DNA of 64,000 nt from Octopus vulgaris (GCA_951406725.2 OX597828.1:58094001-58158000), one strand, 5' to 3'. Numbered from the stretch's first letter, positions 36,771 to 51,682 are shown. Translations and numbers: made by a program. Notes: generated by a model from the sequence alone, not told the origin.

Positions 36771-37449
36771 TGTGTGTGTTGGTTTTTTTGTTATTCTTTC
36801 ATGGCAATTTGCCAGTAAAACAAAACATCTTACGTTGTCAAGTCTAATACAAGAAAAAAGTCTTCCCAAAACCACAATGGAAACCGGTTTTTTCCTGTTC
36901 CAAGCTTCTTAAAGAAATGCCATAAAGAAGAACAACATTAAACGATGGAGGAATCTAAGTATTTGGATTTATTTCTAAAAGCAGAAATAATAACTTTCTC
37001 GCTTTTTTTTTTTTGTACACTTTACCGTTGTGATGTGGGAATTAGCAGAATGGGAAAAAGTTCTACGATACGCTGTTCTACGATACGCTGCCATAGATAA
37101 GCATAAAGTTAACATTCATAAGGCGGCAAGTTGGCAGAGTCGTTATCACACCGAGCAAAATGCTTAACAGCATTTCGTCCGTCTTCATGCTCTGAGTTCA
37201 AATCCTGTCGAAGTCGACTTCGCCTTTTATCCTTTCGGGGTTGTTAAAATAAGTACCAGTCTAACACTGGGGTCGATGCAATCAACTTACCTCCTCTCCT
37301 GAAATTACTAGGCTTGTTGCCAAAATGCTAAGCCATAATTCTGCGCAGTTCGATCAGCACAAGATGACAAAACCATAGCTGCTGAACTCAGCAGAGACTA
37401 TCATGTTGGGAATTTCGTCAGTGAAGTAGAAGTGTTGATTGTAGAGTTA

Positions 37450-39050
37450 CAGTTGGTGCATAAAAGGAAGAGAAAACACAATATCCCATCCAATAATTAA
37501 AATATTTTTAAAAAATCAAAAATCATCAACTAGATTATAGCTGGGAGATAATCGTTTACTCAAAGTAGCTGCTCTCAGCTCCCACCTCAACCACAACACT
37601 GTCTCCTTTGGAAGATCTTCAAACACTTCCTTGACCTTGGCCGCCAGTTCAGTCTTGATGTTGCAGGCAGAACGGTTGGGGGTCTTTCTCAACTGCTCCC
37701 CACTCATAGTAATCCAGGGGTTTGCATGAGTGGGATTTTAGGAGGCCTGAATTTGGGGCTAGTGAAGTTGTAGAAATACTCCGACAACCGCCTCTGACAA
37801 GGGGCTGAGCCCTGCTGTCGTACATGTGGCTCCCCAGCAGCAAACCTCTCCCGCTAAAGATTGCCCATAGTCTCCACCAGCTTCACACACCCGTCTGAAT
37901 TGAACCTAAAGCCCTGCTCAAAGATGTGGCGGTATGACGTCACCCTCACAAAGACCGTCACGGTTTGGGGAAATTTGGTTTCCAAGATAGTGGGACATCA
38001 CATGGATTGTAGGCTAGCCACTTGTTGTTTTGAGCGTGGTGCAATTGATCCTGGCAGAAGTCTTTTCATCTGAGAAAAAACAGTTCATCCCCTGCTTAAC
38101 AGGATGCCTCAGTTTCTTCACGAGCTTTCTTTGCCTTAGACAAGCGGTTTTCCTTGGCCTAAGATGTCAGAATTCGTCCCGTGCACCTCTTCTGTGAATG
38201 GTAGTGAAGGTCCTCGTTCACCGTCAGCTTCATGGTAGCAACTCAAGCACCCATCTCTCTCGCCAAAAGCCAGATTTCTTTGCTTGGATCTTCAGTCACC
38301 TTGACCTGCAGTTGTAATATGAAGTCCGGCGTGTGGACGCAGTCAAAATACCTGCCATATTCCTTACTACTGACCACGGCTTCGTAGTCTCTGTTGCAGC
38401 TGTCCATATCATATCTTACAGCTTTTTTAGTGTTCACTAGCACTATGACCCGGCAACGCCAGGTCATACTGCTAGTGCATGCATATACAGCTGCGTGCAT
38501 GCGCACATACATGCGAGTACTGTCCAAATCTCCGACCAATCACATACAGCTAGCTGGCATTCAATTGGCATATCAAGTTTCGGGCATTTTGATTGGGCTT
38601 TGGATAGAAAATTCACAAAAAAGTCACTTCTATTGATTTTTAATGGCTTTGCAGGGTGACTGGGGAAATGTAAAGATGTGCACAGCCACCCTTGGACGGT
38701 TTTAAATGACCATAGAAAGTGCGAGCCCTCTAACTGAAAAATTGTGGATTTGTATAAAGGACACGCACGCAGTCATTTTGCCGTTGAGAGAGATAAGGCA
38801 CTGAGCAGCTGTCATGGAGTCGGCATTCTGATACCCGATGCGAATCATCATTATACAGGTAACTCTTTTCCAATATTCCAATGGCTTCCAGTCCTCCATG
38901 CAAGCTAACTTTTTCTCAACTACAACTTTAATCTTTATGTTCCCCAACGTCGTTGACTGTTTACCAATGCATCAAGCTGTTACTGAGACAAAGATCGTTA
39001 GATTTAGCCCGAACACCCTGTGACCTGTATGACTTTCCTGGAAAAAACCG
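37450..39050 (-). mobile_element. Decayed Tc1/mariner transposase (maT-like motifs), interrupted by a Helitron
   Basis: Minus-strand fragments FFSDEK, RQQGSAP and PLDYYEWGAVEKD..NRSACN, plus the HTH region EDPSKEIWLLAREMG. The frame is broken by frameshifts and the boundaries are approximate. Confidence 0.8.
38437..38793 (-). mobile_element. Non-autonomous Helitron (357 bp)
   Basis: Minus strand: A|TCTCTC...atgacctggc-gtt-gccgggtcat hairpin, agtgCTAG|T. A/T target, no TSD. Homologous to 56910-57350. Confidence 0.88.
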
Positions 39051-40526
39051 CCATAACAAATCGTGGCAGCTTGGTCTAATAAGTGCCATACTTTTTGGAG
39101 TATTCTGAGACAGTCACGGCCTGTAACCTTCAAGATACTGATATGGATGAGTTATATGAAGAGTATGACATCGTAGAAGCATGCTTGAGATAGCAGATAG
39201 GCATAATGAAGAAAATTATCTTGAACTATTTCAATGAGTAGCACCTTGGGCAAGTGTCTTCTACTATAGCCTCGAGCCGACCAAAGCCTTGTGAGTGGAT
39301 TTGGTAGACGGAAACTGAAAGAAGCCCGTTGTATATATGTATGTATATATGTATGTGTGTGTATATGTTTGCGTGTCTTTGTCCCCCAACGTCGCTTGAC
39401 AACCGATGGTGGTGTGTTTACGTCCCCGTAACTTAGCGGTTCGGCAAAAGAGACCGATAGAATAAGTACTAAACTTCCAAAGAATGTCCTGGGGTCGATT
39501 TGCTCTACTAAAGGCGGTGCTCCAGCATGGCCACAGTCAAATAACTGAAACAAGTAAAAGAGTAAAAAGAGAGTAAAGAGTCTCAAGCGCCTTTTTTTTT
39601 TAAATCTGAAGAAGGTGAGTGCTTAAATCTTTTTCTATTCCATGCAGCAATACTCTCACGGAACAAATTTTTTTCCAGCGACGACCTCATCTTGGAAAAG
39701 CGATAAAAAAAAACGTCTGTGAGTGAACTTAGTCAAAGTTCTAACAAATCTGTAACAACTTTTCAAAATGATGACCACTCATGTACAAAAAAACTCCTAT
39801 GATGAAAAAATTGGAGATGGCAAATAAAGGGCAAGGATGTGTCTTTTTGTCTTTTCTCTTTCAGCTATTGAACAGCGGCCAAGTGGGGTCACCGCCATCA
39901 AAGGTTTAGTCGAACAAATCAACTACAATAATTTTTTTTTTTAAATCCAGAACTTGTTCTATTGGTCTTTTCTTGCAGTGACTAACAAACCAGGACATGT
40001 ACAAATTCAAAGACACATACATGTATATATGAGCGTATGTACAATGGGATTCCACACAGCTTCTGTCAACTAAATTCACTCTCAAGGCATTGGTTGGCCT
40101 GAGACTATAGAAGACACTGACCCAAGGTGCCACGCAGTGGGACTGAATCCAAGACCATGTGGTTACAAAGCGTGCTTTTTAATTACACAGCCATGCCTAC
40201 CACCTTACACAGTCATAAATAAAGATAATAAAAAGAAATTTCAGTTTATCTTCAATAACTATAACTTTAAATTATTCAGAATAATGAATCATTAAACAGG
40301 AAAAAACGTCTGGAGAAAATCATTGATTAACGATTGAAAATCTAGGTTTTGGCAGGATTTAAGAGATAAGCAGGAAAAAAACAGAGTCTGTTGGAATTTT
40401 TATTTTATAAAATAATTAAAGCTAATGCGATCGCTTGTTTTTTGTTATACGGTTTGAAGTTTTATAAAAAAAATATGAAATACAATATAAATATGCATGC
40501 GTGTGTATATATGTGTCTATGTATAT

Positions 40527-40711
40527 GTTGCGGATCCGTGGAACAAGCTGCCAGACGAGATGGTGAAGATGCCGACGACCGCTTTGTTCAAAGCCTCCCT
40601 GGACCTCAAGTGGCCTGAACTCTTTACATGAACACCACCCTGTACTTAACTCCATGTCCCCCTACATGGCCTTGCTATTTGCTTTTGAGCCAAATTAACT
40701 AACTAACTAAC
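40527..40711 (+). mobile_element. CR1-type LINE extreme 3' fragment
   Basis: Reads PWNKLPDEMVKMPTTALFKASLD..*, then a short 3' UTR and a (TAAC)n tail. Confidence 0.75.
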
Positions 40712-41390
40712 ATGTGAATGTGTGTGTGTGTGTGAGTGAGCGTGTGTGTGTGTGAGCGTGTGTGTGTGTGTGTGTAAATATGAATGTGTGCGTGTTGTAG
40801 CATTTGGTAACCTATGACTGTGTATGCATCTGGAACTGGCCGTCCTACTGAACGTAGGTTATTATCTGTCGCTATCTCTCTTAGAGAAATTGTATTACAA
40901 TCTCTCCCATAGAGATAGAGATAAATAACCTGGTCTCCAAATAGATGCAGATTTAATTGGGGATTTTTTTCTGCTATGTACATACAAACACACGTCTAGT
41001 AAAAAAACTTAAATTCTCCACAAATAGTTCTGTACTGCAGTTGAAACCATACAACAAATACCAATAGGAGTCCGTCTACAACAAAAAGTAAATATTCCAA
41101 AACAATGTTAACCATTACTCACCAAAGATTTTGTATGGAGTTTACTCCGGATTACTTTAAATGGACTTCTCCTCTATGGGAGATTCTAATTATTTATTTT
41201 ATTTATTTATTTTTTTATTTATTATTTACTTCTCTAATTTATATTATATATCCTCTGTTATATTCCTTAATGTGGTAGTTTTTTTTTCTTTTGTTTTGTA
41301 TGCTGTAAATCGTCCTTCAATATTGTCCTCCATGTCTTGGGCCCTTCTGACCAATAAACGGAATTATTATTATTGTTGTTGTTGTTGTTG

Positions 41391-41433
<43 letters not shown>

Positions 41434-41457
41434 ATTATTATTATTATTATTATTAAT

Positions 41458-41840
41458 AGGTGGCTGACGATATGTGCATCTCTGATCACAAGCAGAAGTA
41501 GTAGGGGAGCATCATAGCCTTGTGTTGAGAGGAATTCTTTGGGGTTTGAATAATTCACCTCTGGAAACATGGGTGTTTCGTTCAACATCCTTAAACAACC
41601 CTTATTCAAGGACCTTTTGAGCAGGATAGGCTTCTCGACCAGAAGAAAATTCTAACTAGGCCCCCACCTGCAAGGTCATGTGCTGTTTATCTTGATATGA
41701 GATCACCATGTCGCGCACATATGGTTGTGATGCATGTGCCTGGTATACCCTTATCAGACGGATAGTCATAATGGGTATATTGGGCTTCGTATATTTTACC
41801 CCAGTGTCACTTTGATGGCATGCACTGCTCTCTCACTCAA
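41458..41840 (+). mobile_element. Retroelement-derived repeat with (AAT)n tail between microsatellites
   Basis: Shares gatatgtgcatctctgatca...catcatagcc.tgtgtt with 14100-14260 and 20050-20210(-); ends in ctctcactc(aat)n. Confidence 0.6.
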
Positions 41841-41863
41841 TAATAATAATAATAGTAATAATA

Positions 41864-41901
<38 letters not shown>

Positions 41902-42137
41902 GTTTCGAAGAGAAAATATGGCTGGCACTCAACCAATATGGTTATATTGACAGACATTTTGGGTGTTAAAGTATTGTTGAGTAGTGGTTATTATTGATTG
42001 AAGAATATTATAATTTCCCTCTGGTATATGCTTAAAGGACTGTACAAACCTCGATATATGACTGCAACCAAAACCTAATTCGTAAATAAAACCACTAATC
42101 AAATAGTAATCCTACAATTATTTTTTGATCGTCCACT

Positions 42138-42402
42138 TCATATAAAATATCTGGAACCAGGAATAAAATATGTATCTGCCCAAATATTCCTGGAACCTCG
42201 ATTCCACAAACACCTCTTACACTGTTGGCAGCGATGATATCGTTTACACTGATCTTGTATCAACATATCAAGCTCCTGAGCTTTCTCTTTGGCCTTCTGA
42301 AGGTTCTGCTGTTTCAACATGGCACGGTGTTTCCAGTCAGTCTCCAGATCTTTGTACAGCTCATAATTAAGTTGACCTTTCATAGCTCTGTCGTTTAGCA
42401 GA
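42138..42402 (-). CDS. CCDC81: CCDC81-like last exon
   Basis: ttacag|TCTGCTA...; ends FIPGSRYFI*. Confidence 0.9.
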
Positions 42403-44132
42403 CTGTAACGAAACAAAATATATACATATTCAATGCAGCAATATTATACGTAAATATATAAGTGTTTTTATATAAAAGGCGGCGAGCTGGCAGAAGCGTT
42501 AGCACGCCGGGCGAAATGCTTAGCGGTATTTCGTTTGCCGTTATGTTCTGAGTTCAAATTCCGCCGAGGTCGACTTTGCCTTTCATCATTTTGGGGTCGA
42601 TAAATTAAGTACCAGTTACGCACTGGGGTCGATGTAATCGACTTAATACCTATGTCTGTCCTTGTTTGTCCCCTCTATGTTTTGCCCCTTGTGGGCAGTA
42701 AAGAAATAAATATTAAGTGTTTTTATATAATTAACGTCCTAAATCTACGGTGGTGCTCCAGTATGACTGCAGGCGCATGGCTGAAATGAGTAAAAGAGTA
42801 AGAGAGTATATATACACGAGGGGTGTTGAAAAGTTCGTGGCTTTGGGTAAAAGTAAATACAGGAGTATCAGTTAATTCAACATATTCTCCTCTCGGATTC
42901 CCATACTTATTGCAGCGGTCCTTCAGTTTTCTAAGTTCTGTGATGAAAGAACTCAGAAGGATGGGCCTCCAGCCAGGCCTTTCCTGATACCCTTAACGCC
43001 AGGAACTTTTCAGCACCCGCCTCGTATGTATGTATGCATGTATGCATGCATGTATGTATGCATGTATGTATGTATGCATGTATGCATGTATGCATGCATG
43101 CATGCATGTATGTATGCATGCATGTATGTATGTATGTATGTATGTATGCATGTATGCATGTATGCATGCATGTATGTATGTATGTATGCATGCATGTATG
43201 TATGCATGCATGTATGTATGTATGTATGTATGTGTGTGTATGTATGCATGTATGTATACATGTATGCATGGATGCATGCATGCATGCATATATGTATGTA
43301 TGTATGCATGTATGCATGTATGCATGTATCTATGTATGTATGTATGCATGCATGCATGCATGTATGCATGTATGCATGCATGCATGCATGCATGTATGTA
43401 TGTATGCATGCATGCATGTATGTATGCATGTATGCATGCATGCATGCATGTATGTATGTATGTATGTATGTATGCATGCATGCATGTATGTATGTATGTA
43501 TGTATGTATGTATGTATGTATGTATGTATGTATGTATGCATGCATGCATGTATGTATGCATGCATGTATGCATGCATGTATGTATGTATGTATGTATGCA
43601 TGCATGCATGTATGCATGTATGCATGCATGTATGCTTGTATGTATGTATGAATGTGTGTTTGTATTAGTTTATATGTGTATATGTGTGTTTGTATATGAG
43701 TGTTAAGAATAAGAGCACAAAAGCATAAGCTTCAAGCCACCAGTCATATATACTTACTCCGTTCTATTCTTCCTCAGTATTTTCTCCTCTTCCCGCTGCT
43801 CCTTCATCCTTTTTAGTATTTCTTCTCGTTTCCGTTGAGCCACCATCTTGAATTGTTCTTTCATAGCTTCATTGGCCTTCCTCTTCTTCTCGGCCAATAT
43901 CTCTGCCGTTACATCGTTTTTACCAAAGTAACCAGCCCCTTCTCCCTCTCTTATATTCTCCTCTTCTTCGATGTCACAACTCTGTTGTTGGCTCATTGTC
44001 TTCTCTTGTACCTGTAAATAAAAGCCGATATTTGGTCAGTCTCCTATACGACCACCACCATCACCACTACCATCACTACCGCCATCGCCGCCACCACTGC
44101 TACTCTGTAGATTTGTCTCTCATCTCTTTCAT

Positions 44133-44190
<58 letters not shown>

Positions 44191-45439
44191 CTCTCTTTCG
44201 ACTCATCGTTGAGGTTTTCTTTAACATTCTGCTTCACTTCTCAGCGCATTACCAACACTGATGGCGCTCGATTTTCCGCCGGTCTCGACAATGAACATTC
44301 AGTTGTTCAAGTAACTGGAATTAACGCGTAAGTGGCTGAGTACTCCACAGCTCCACAGATGCATTCTTCTTTGTTCTTTGTCACCCTTTTCAAGCCTAGC
44401 CAGGATCATGGGCCCGGTTTCCAGGTTTCTGTGGCGTATATGCCCCCCACCACCAGCTGGACGGGACGCCAGTCCATCACAGCGTTACTCAAGAAACAGG
44501 AAGAGAGAGTGAGAGAAAGTTGTGGCGAAAGAGTACAACAGGGGTCGCCACCATCCCCTGCTGGAGCCTCGTGGAGCTTTTAGGTGTTTTCGCTCAATAA
44601 ATACACACAACGCCCGGTCTGGTAATCGAAAACGCGATCCTCCAACCACGAGTTCGCTGCCCTAACCACTGGGACTTTGCACCTCCACAAATAAATGCGC
44701 CCTTTCAAAGCCTAGCCAGGCTCATGGGCCCGGTTTCCCGGTTTCTATGGCGTATGTGTTCCCCAGCTGGACGGGACGTCAGTCCATTGCAGCGTTACTC
44801 ATTTTTGCCAGCTGAGTGGACTGGAGAAACGTGAAATGAAGTGTTTTGCTCAAGAACACAACGCGTCGTCCGATCTAGGAATCGAAACCACAATCTTACA
44901 ATCATGATGCTGACACCCTAACCCCTAAGCCACGCGCCTCCACCCACAGATGCATATGACACAATTATATGACTGAATGACAAGTTTGGATCTTTGAATA
45001 TTATACAGATACAACCCACGAAGAAAGAGAAAAGAGAGAAAAGAGATAGACAGACACTCAGACAGACAGACAGACAGACAGACACTCAGACAGACAGACA
45101 GAATAATTGATACCAAAACCGGATTGGTTCTTTGAATGGCAGATGCAATCCAAGAGGAAACAGACAAACATAGACAGGGAATAATCAATGTCAGCAATGA
45201 ACCAATAAAGTTGACTACAGCGGGATTTGAACTCGGTGCGCAGAGCATAAGAACAAATATCTCAAGTCCTTCTGGCCAATGCTCTAATAATTCTGCCAAT
45301 TTGCTGCACCCACCCACACCTACATATATAGACAAACGCACACACACACAACAGACAACACACACAAACATATGTTTGTGTGTATATATATGTGTGTTAC
45401 ACACACACACACAAACATATTTGTATATATATATGTTTC

Positions 45440-45472
<33 letters not shown>

Positions 45473-48057
45473 AATATATGTATGTATATATATATGTGCA
45501 GGTGGCACGTAAAAAGCACCCACTACACTCACGGAGTGGTTGGCGTTAGGAAGGGCATCCAGCTGTAGAAACACTGCCAAATCTGACTGGGCCTGATGAA
45601 GCCTTCCGGCTTCACAGACCCCAGTTAAACCGTCCAACCCATGCTAGCATGGAAAACGGACGCTAAATGATGATGATGATGATGATGATGATGATATATA
45701 TACAAGCATGCGCGCGCATGCACATACCAACACACACACACACACAACGCGTTCTCAGTTTCGGTCTGCCAAATCCACTCACAAGGCTTTGGTAAACCCA
45801 GGGCTATAGTGGAAAGCACTTGTCTAAGATGCGATCCAAGGTGAAACTGAACCCTAGATCACATGGTTTGGAAGCCACGCCTATGCCTACAAGGGGATTT
45901 TTCAATAACAACAGTCGTATACAAAATGAGAAAAAGAAGTTGAATTTACCAGAATTTGGATAAAATCACTGACCTGTTTGTCCAGAAGTGTCTTATACAG
46001 ATTCATCTTCCTGGATCTCTCTTTAAAATAATCTTCTCTTTGTTTTGTTAAACTAATGGTGAAAAAAGGGGAAAAAAGTGGACATTTTACCAGGGAGTGT
46101 GTTATAATAATAAGGCACTAAAAGAAAATGACTCTCCCCAGACACATTAAAAATAACCCTTTCTATAATAGATACAAGGTCTGAAATTCAAGGGAGGGGA
46201 CTGGTACTTATTTTATTGATCTCGAAAGGATAAAAGAGACAGTCAATCTTGGCGGAATTTGAACTCAGAACGTGAAGACGGATGAAATGCTGCTAAGCGT
46301 TTCGCCCTAACTAAGCGTTTCGCCCTAACTAAGCGTTTCGTGCTAACGATTCTGCCAGCTCGCTGCCTTGAAAGATATTGGTTCCAAAGTTAGCAGTTCG
46401 GCAAAAGAGACCGATAGAATAAGTACTAGTCTTACTAAGAATAATTCCTGGGGTCGATTTGCTCGACTAAAGGCGGTACTCCAGCATGGCCACAGTGAAA
46501 TGACTGAAACAAGTAAAAGAGTAAAGAGTATTATTAAGTTGTTGTTTGAAATACAAATTAACACGAAATTTTGATGGACAGTTTTAATTAAGATCCTATT
46601 AAAAGAGAATTTGTAATAGAGAAGCAAGGACAGTTTCAGATGGGTTGGTATGAAAAGGATTAATGTTTCTTAGCTGCTTGCTTCATTGAAGAATCCTTAT
46701 CTTGAATGACTTTGATCATACTTTGATCCAAGGTCCGGTTGATCACTGCTCACTTGATGTTAAATAACAAAAACAACAACTACTACTTTGAGTAATTTGA
46801 ATTTGAAATTTGTTGTTAATGAGAAAGATTAATAGCGTAAAGTTCATAAGAGCATAACCAAATAAGATTTTTCAAAAATCTCTGTTAATCATTTGATAAT
46901 CTACTCACCTTGTAGCCAAGTTTATCTGCTCAGCTTGGCTTTCGAAATTTTCTTTCTCTTGCTCTCTCAAGGAAGCTAGATTTTTTAGTTCTATCTGAAA
47001 TAAACAAGTAAAAACATGAAGAGACATTTCTAAGACTTAATGGCACTGAAACAGCAATGAACGATGTCCAGACCTGTTCTACATAGAATGTTGGTTGTTT
47101 CAGTCCTTTTTTTAATTAGTAGAATAACAACAATAATTACGTTATAACCTTTAACTCTGTTATAAACTGTAACAGCAACTAAAGCAATTTCCGCATCAAA
47201 GATTGGACAATTATTATTTAAGGTTGGAGTATGAAAGTAAGTTAATAATCTAAACTGGGGGGGTGCTAAAATTCACAAATAATGACAACCCAATTATAAA
47301 TTCAGTTTACAGAGATTTTTTACTTTCAAATCTATAAGACTTCATAACTAACTAAAAAAAAAAAGAAAAAGAAATCTTAAAATTTTCAGATGCTATATGA
47401 AGAAGAAGTCAATGGTTCAGTCACAGGAGGAAGGCTATCATCCAGGACTCTTTTCAGGGCCTTTAGAACCTGAGTAGAAAGGCAGAAAGTTATCCTCAAA
47501 CTGGTACCCTGACCCAAATATTTGCAAAACTGTGGACTTCTGATAAAGGCCCTCACTGGTTATATTATAGTGTTAAAGTATAAAACAGGAGGACAGGTTA
47601 AGTTTATCGTACAAAATAAGAACAGTTCTTCCAATGGACTACCAAACGATTGCCACCTACAAAATTCCACTAACAAACTTTGATTGACCCAAGGCTTATA
47701 GTAGAAGACGGTTGTCAAATGTACCACATAGTGTTATAAAATCCAAAAGCCTGGAATTGGTTTGCAAAGTGGATTTGTTAATCATGCAGCCAAGTTTGTG
47801 TGCATAAAGAATGGAAAGAGGTGAGTTAGAAATTAACTTACTTGTTTCTGTAGTTCTTTACTGTAAGGTAACATTTTAGTAAATAATGGTGGAGTTTCTG
47901 GCCGATGGTGGAATAAATAACTCTGCTGCAGAAGGAAGAGAAATAGTTAAGAAGTTAGTTTATCCAAGAAGCTTTCTGTAAGTACACATACATACATATA
48001 TATATATATATATTTATATGTATACATACATACATATATATATATACACATATATAT

Positions 48058-48103
<46 letters not shown>

Positions 48104-49586
48104 TATATATATATATATCATATATACATTTATATATACATATATATATACATGCATATATATATATACACACACATATAAATAGATAGACAGACAGACT
48201 GACTGACAGACAGACAGACTGACTGACAGACAGACAGACAGATAGATAGATAGATGACAAGCTTCTTTTAGTCTTCATCTAATCTACCAACTCCACTCAC
48301 AGTGGTTTGGCCAAAACCAGGCTACCAGCGGTATAGTAAAAGATACTTGCCCAAGGTGCCATGCAGTGGGACTGAACCCAAGCCCACATGATTGGGAAGC
48401 AAAGCTTCTTAACCACTCAACCGTGCCTGCACCTATTGTTTACACTGTGTCTAAGAATACAGACAGGGTGGTCATGGTTGAATACCTTTTGAACAAAAGT
48501 CTACTTAACACAATCGTATCTGAGTTTGTCCAACTGAACAACCAACGTTGGTTTGTCTGGAAGTTTCTCAAAAGTTTGGTCTTTTTCAAGAAACTTGACA
48601 GCAAAATCATTCATGTTTTGTTTTTTAGATATAATTTAGATTTTTCTTTTAGATTTTATTTATTTGTTCATCTTTTTCTTTTTTTTTTTTCAGATGTATA
48701 TCTGAGATTACGAAACAGATTTATGGTCATTTGCTTCTGTCATAAGGTTACATTGCTATAGACACAATGGTTTGGTGTTGGTGTTCTGCTGATTTCTTTT
48801 CTTTCTTTTTTTTTTTTTTCTTTTGGGAGTTGTTCAGTTCTTGAGTAGTTGTTAGCATGTTGATGTTGTTGTTGTTGAAGTTGTTGACAATGTAGTTATT
48901 GATGATGATGATGAGGAGGATGAGGATGTTGTTGTTGTTGCTTCTCCTTCTAGTACTGAAAGTCATATGACAGCTGATTGTGTCTGCTTTGTGTGGGGGC
49001 AAAATATATATGTATGTATTATATGTATGAGTGCCTACATGTATATATGTATGTGTGTGTGTATGTGTGTGTGTTCATAGTTTGAATGTATGAACCTATG
49101 TATTCATAAGTGCTGAGACAAACATAAAACTAAAATTTCCAACACTTCTTAGTCTTGATCTCGCCCTCACTTAAGAGGAGAAATGTTCATCACTTCATTG
49201 GCCACCCCTGGGCTTAATAAATAAATAAGTAAATACATTCATTATTCTTAGTACGATTGCAAGTGTACATGTGCATATATGTATGTGTATATACGTATGT
49301 GTACAGTGTGTGTTTGTGTATGGGTTTAAATGTGTATATATATATATATACATATATATTATTATTATTTGAGGGAATAAAATCCAAACTTACAAGGAAA
49401 AAGAATTCAATTTAGAAATACTAAATCAAATTCCACACAATATAATATATATATAAAATATTAGAAAAGAACCTTTTATCAATTCAAAATGAATAATTAT
49501 CTAGAAAATTACATATAATAGAAAAATTAAAATTAAAATAACAATTAAAAAGTGAATTGATAAAAGGTGATTTTTTTCTAATATTT

Positions 49587-49619
<33 letters not shown>

Positions 49620-49773
49620 ATACATAGGTGTATGTGTGTATGTATGTAAGTATGTATGTACTGTATGTATGTATGTATGTATGTATGTATGTATGTATGT
49701 ATGTATGTATGTATGTATGTGTATATGTATGTATGTATGTAGGTATGTGTATATGTATGTATGTACGTATGTG

Positions 49774-49805
<32 letters not shown>

Positions 49806-51523
49806 TGTATGTATGTATGTACGCATATATGGATGCATGTGTAATTTCTTCTTACCACAAAGTTTACGTCCCGTTCTTTCTTTCTTGCATGTTTCATTTC
49901 AGCTACTTCGAAGTTACTCTTCTGCATGTCATGCAGTTCTCGCTTTAACTGGGCCTTCTTTTCCTAAATAGAAAAATATTCCAAATTAAAATTTATTAAC
50001 ATTTGGCTTTAAAAATCACATATGCCAATGTAATTTTCACGTACAGCAATTAAAACAGATATCCATAATATTTTAATATATAAAAGCGAATGTATGTTTG
50101 TAGATAGGTTCTAAGGTGTAAGCCAAAATTCACATCTTTGCAAGAAGATCATAAGCTAACCACAGACGAACTGTAATTTCCAGGTGTTCCTGGAAAGCAT
50201 GCCAATGAAAAATTATTTTGAATTTTTTTAGTAACAAGGCTTACCTGATGATCCATGTTTCATTTCGCCTGCTTCTCATAAATGATTGCCCATCATTGTT
50301 ATAAGCTGTGATTTTTCAGGTCTCTATTTGTTTGTTACACATTATGAAACTCAACTTCAATGGAAATTAAAATGATCAAACCCCCATCATATGACATAGT
50401 GGTGGGGGTCAGTTGAACACAGTACAACCCCACAACAAGGTGCCCACTCCCTGCGAAAATTTGAAAAATAATCAATTCCAGAGGAATTTTGAGGTCACAT
50501 GGGATGTGCATTTGGCAACGTCTGTCTTGTAAGGGTCAATGTTTAGTATTTAATATTAAAGTAACTGAAAATAATAAGTGACCAGTTTCTATGGTATATG
50601 TGTTCCCCAGGTGGACGGAACGCCAGTCCATCACAGCGTTACTCATTTTTGCCAGCTGAGTGGACTGGAGCAACGTGAAATGAAGTGTTTTGCTCAAGAA
50701 CACAATGCGTCGCCCGCTCCAGTTGTTAATAAGATTACCCTGTTTTATCATTATGCTTACATTTAGAAGGTGGCGGGCTGGCAGAGTCGTTAGTACTTTA
50801 TTTATCGACCCCGAAAGGATGAAAGGCAGAGTCGACCTCGGCGGAAATTGTAACTCAGAACGTAGCAGCAGACGAAATACCGCTAGGCATTTCGCCCGGC
50901 GTGCTAACAACTCTGCCAGCTCGCCACTTTCTAAATGTAAGCATAATGATAAAACAGGGTAATCTCATTAATAACTCATCTTGAGCATTTGGATATTTAA
51001 AATGTTTATTGTTAGTTACCTTCTCCTGCAAAAGATGTTCTGTGTTCTTCATTTCAGAATATTTCTGAAGCAGCAGATCTTCTTCTTTATCTCTGCGAGC
51101 TTTCTCTTCTGTAAACGGCATGTAGACATTCCGTTGTTCACGCTGGTGACACAAGTAGCATATCTCCTGCCCACCACCATGGTGTTCACAGCAAGCTTGT
51201 ACAACTGGCTCCCGTGCTGTGTGACTTTGCCGATAGGAAGATCTAAAATTCATGTAACACTATTCGTCAAGCGCTCATTAGAATATGAAGATTATGAAGA
51301 TTATATATATGCGAACACATGCATGTGTGTGTGTGTAAGTATGTATATATGTGTGTATATATGATATATATATTCATATATATCCTTAAGTTCGCTTATG
51401 GGAAATGTTTTTGTTTATGTATATAAAAGTTCCTATTTCCTTATGCCAGCTATGATCGTAAGAAACTCGTGGAGTGATGAATTAAAATATTTATAAATTC
51501 CATCCATGAAATATCATTATTAC

Positions 51524-51568
<45 letters not shown>

Positions 51569-51635
51569 CATTATTATCATTATTATTATTATTATTATGG
51601 AAAGCGGACGTTAAACGATGATGATGATGATGATG

Positions 51636-51682
<47 letters not shown>

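Noticed and set aside
32899-43706. MYVC/HTYI-repeat ORFs (also the YIYI and CVCV ORFs throughout the window)
   Set aside because: These are translations of (TATG)n, (TA)n and (TG)n microsatellites.
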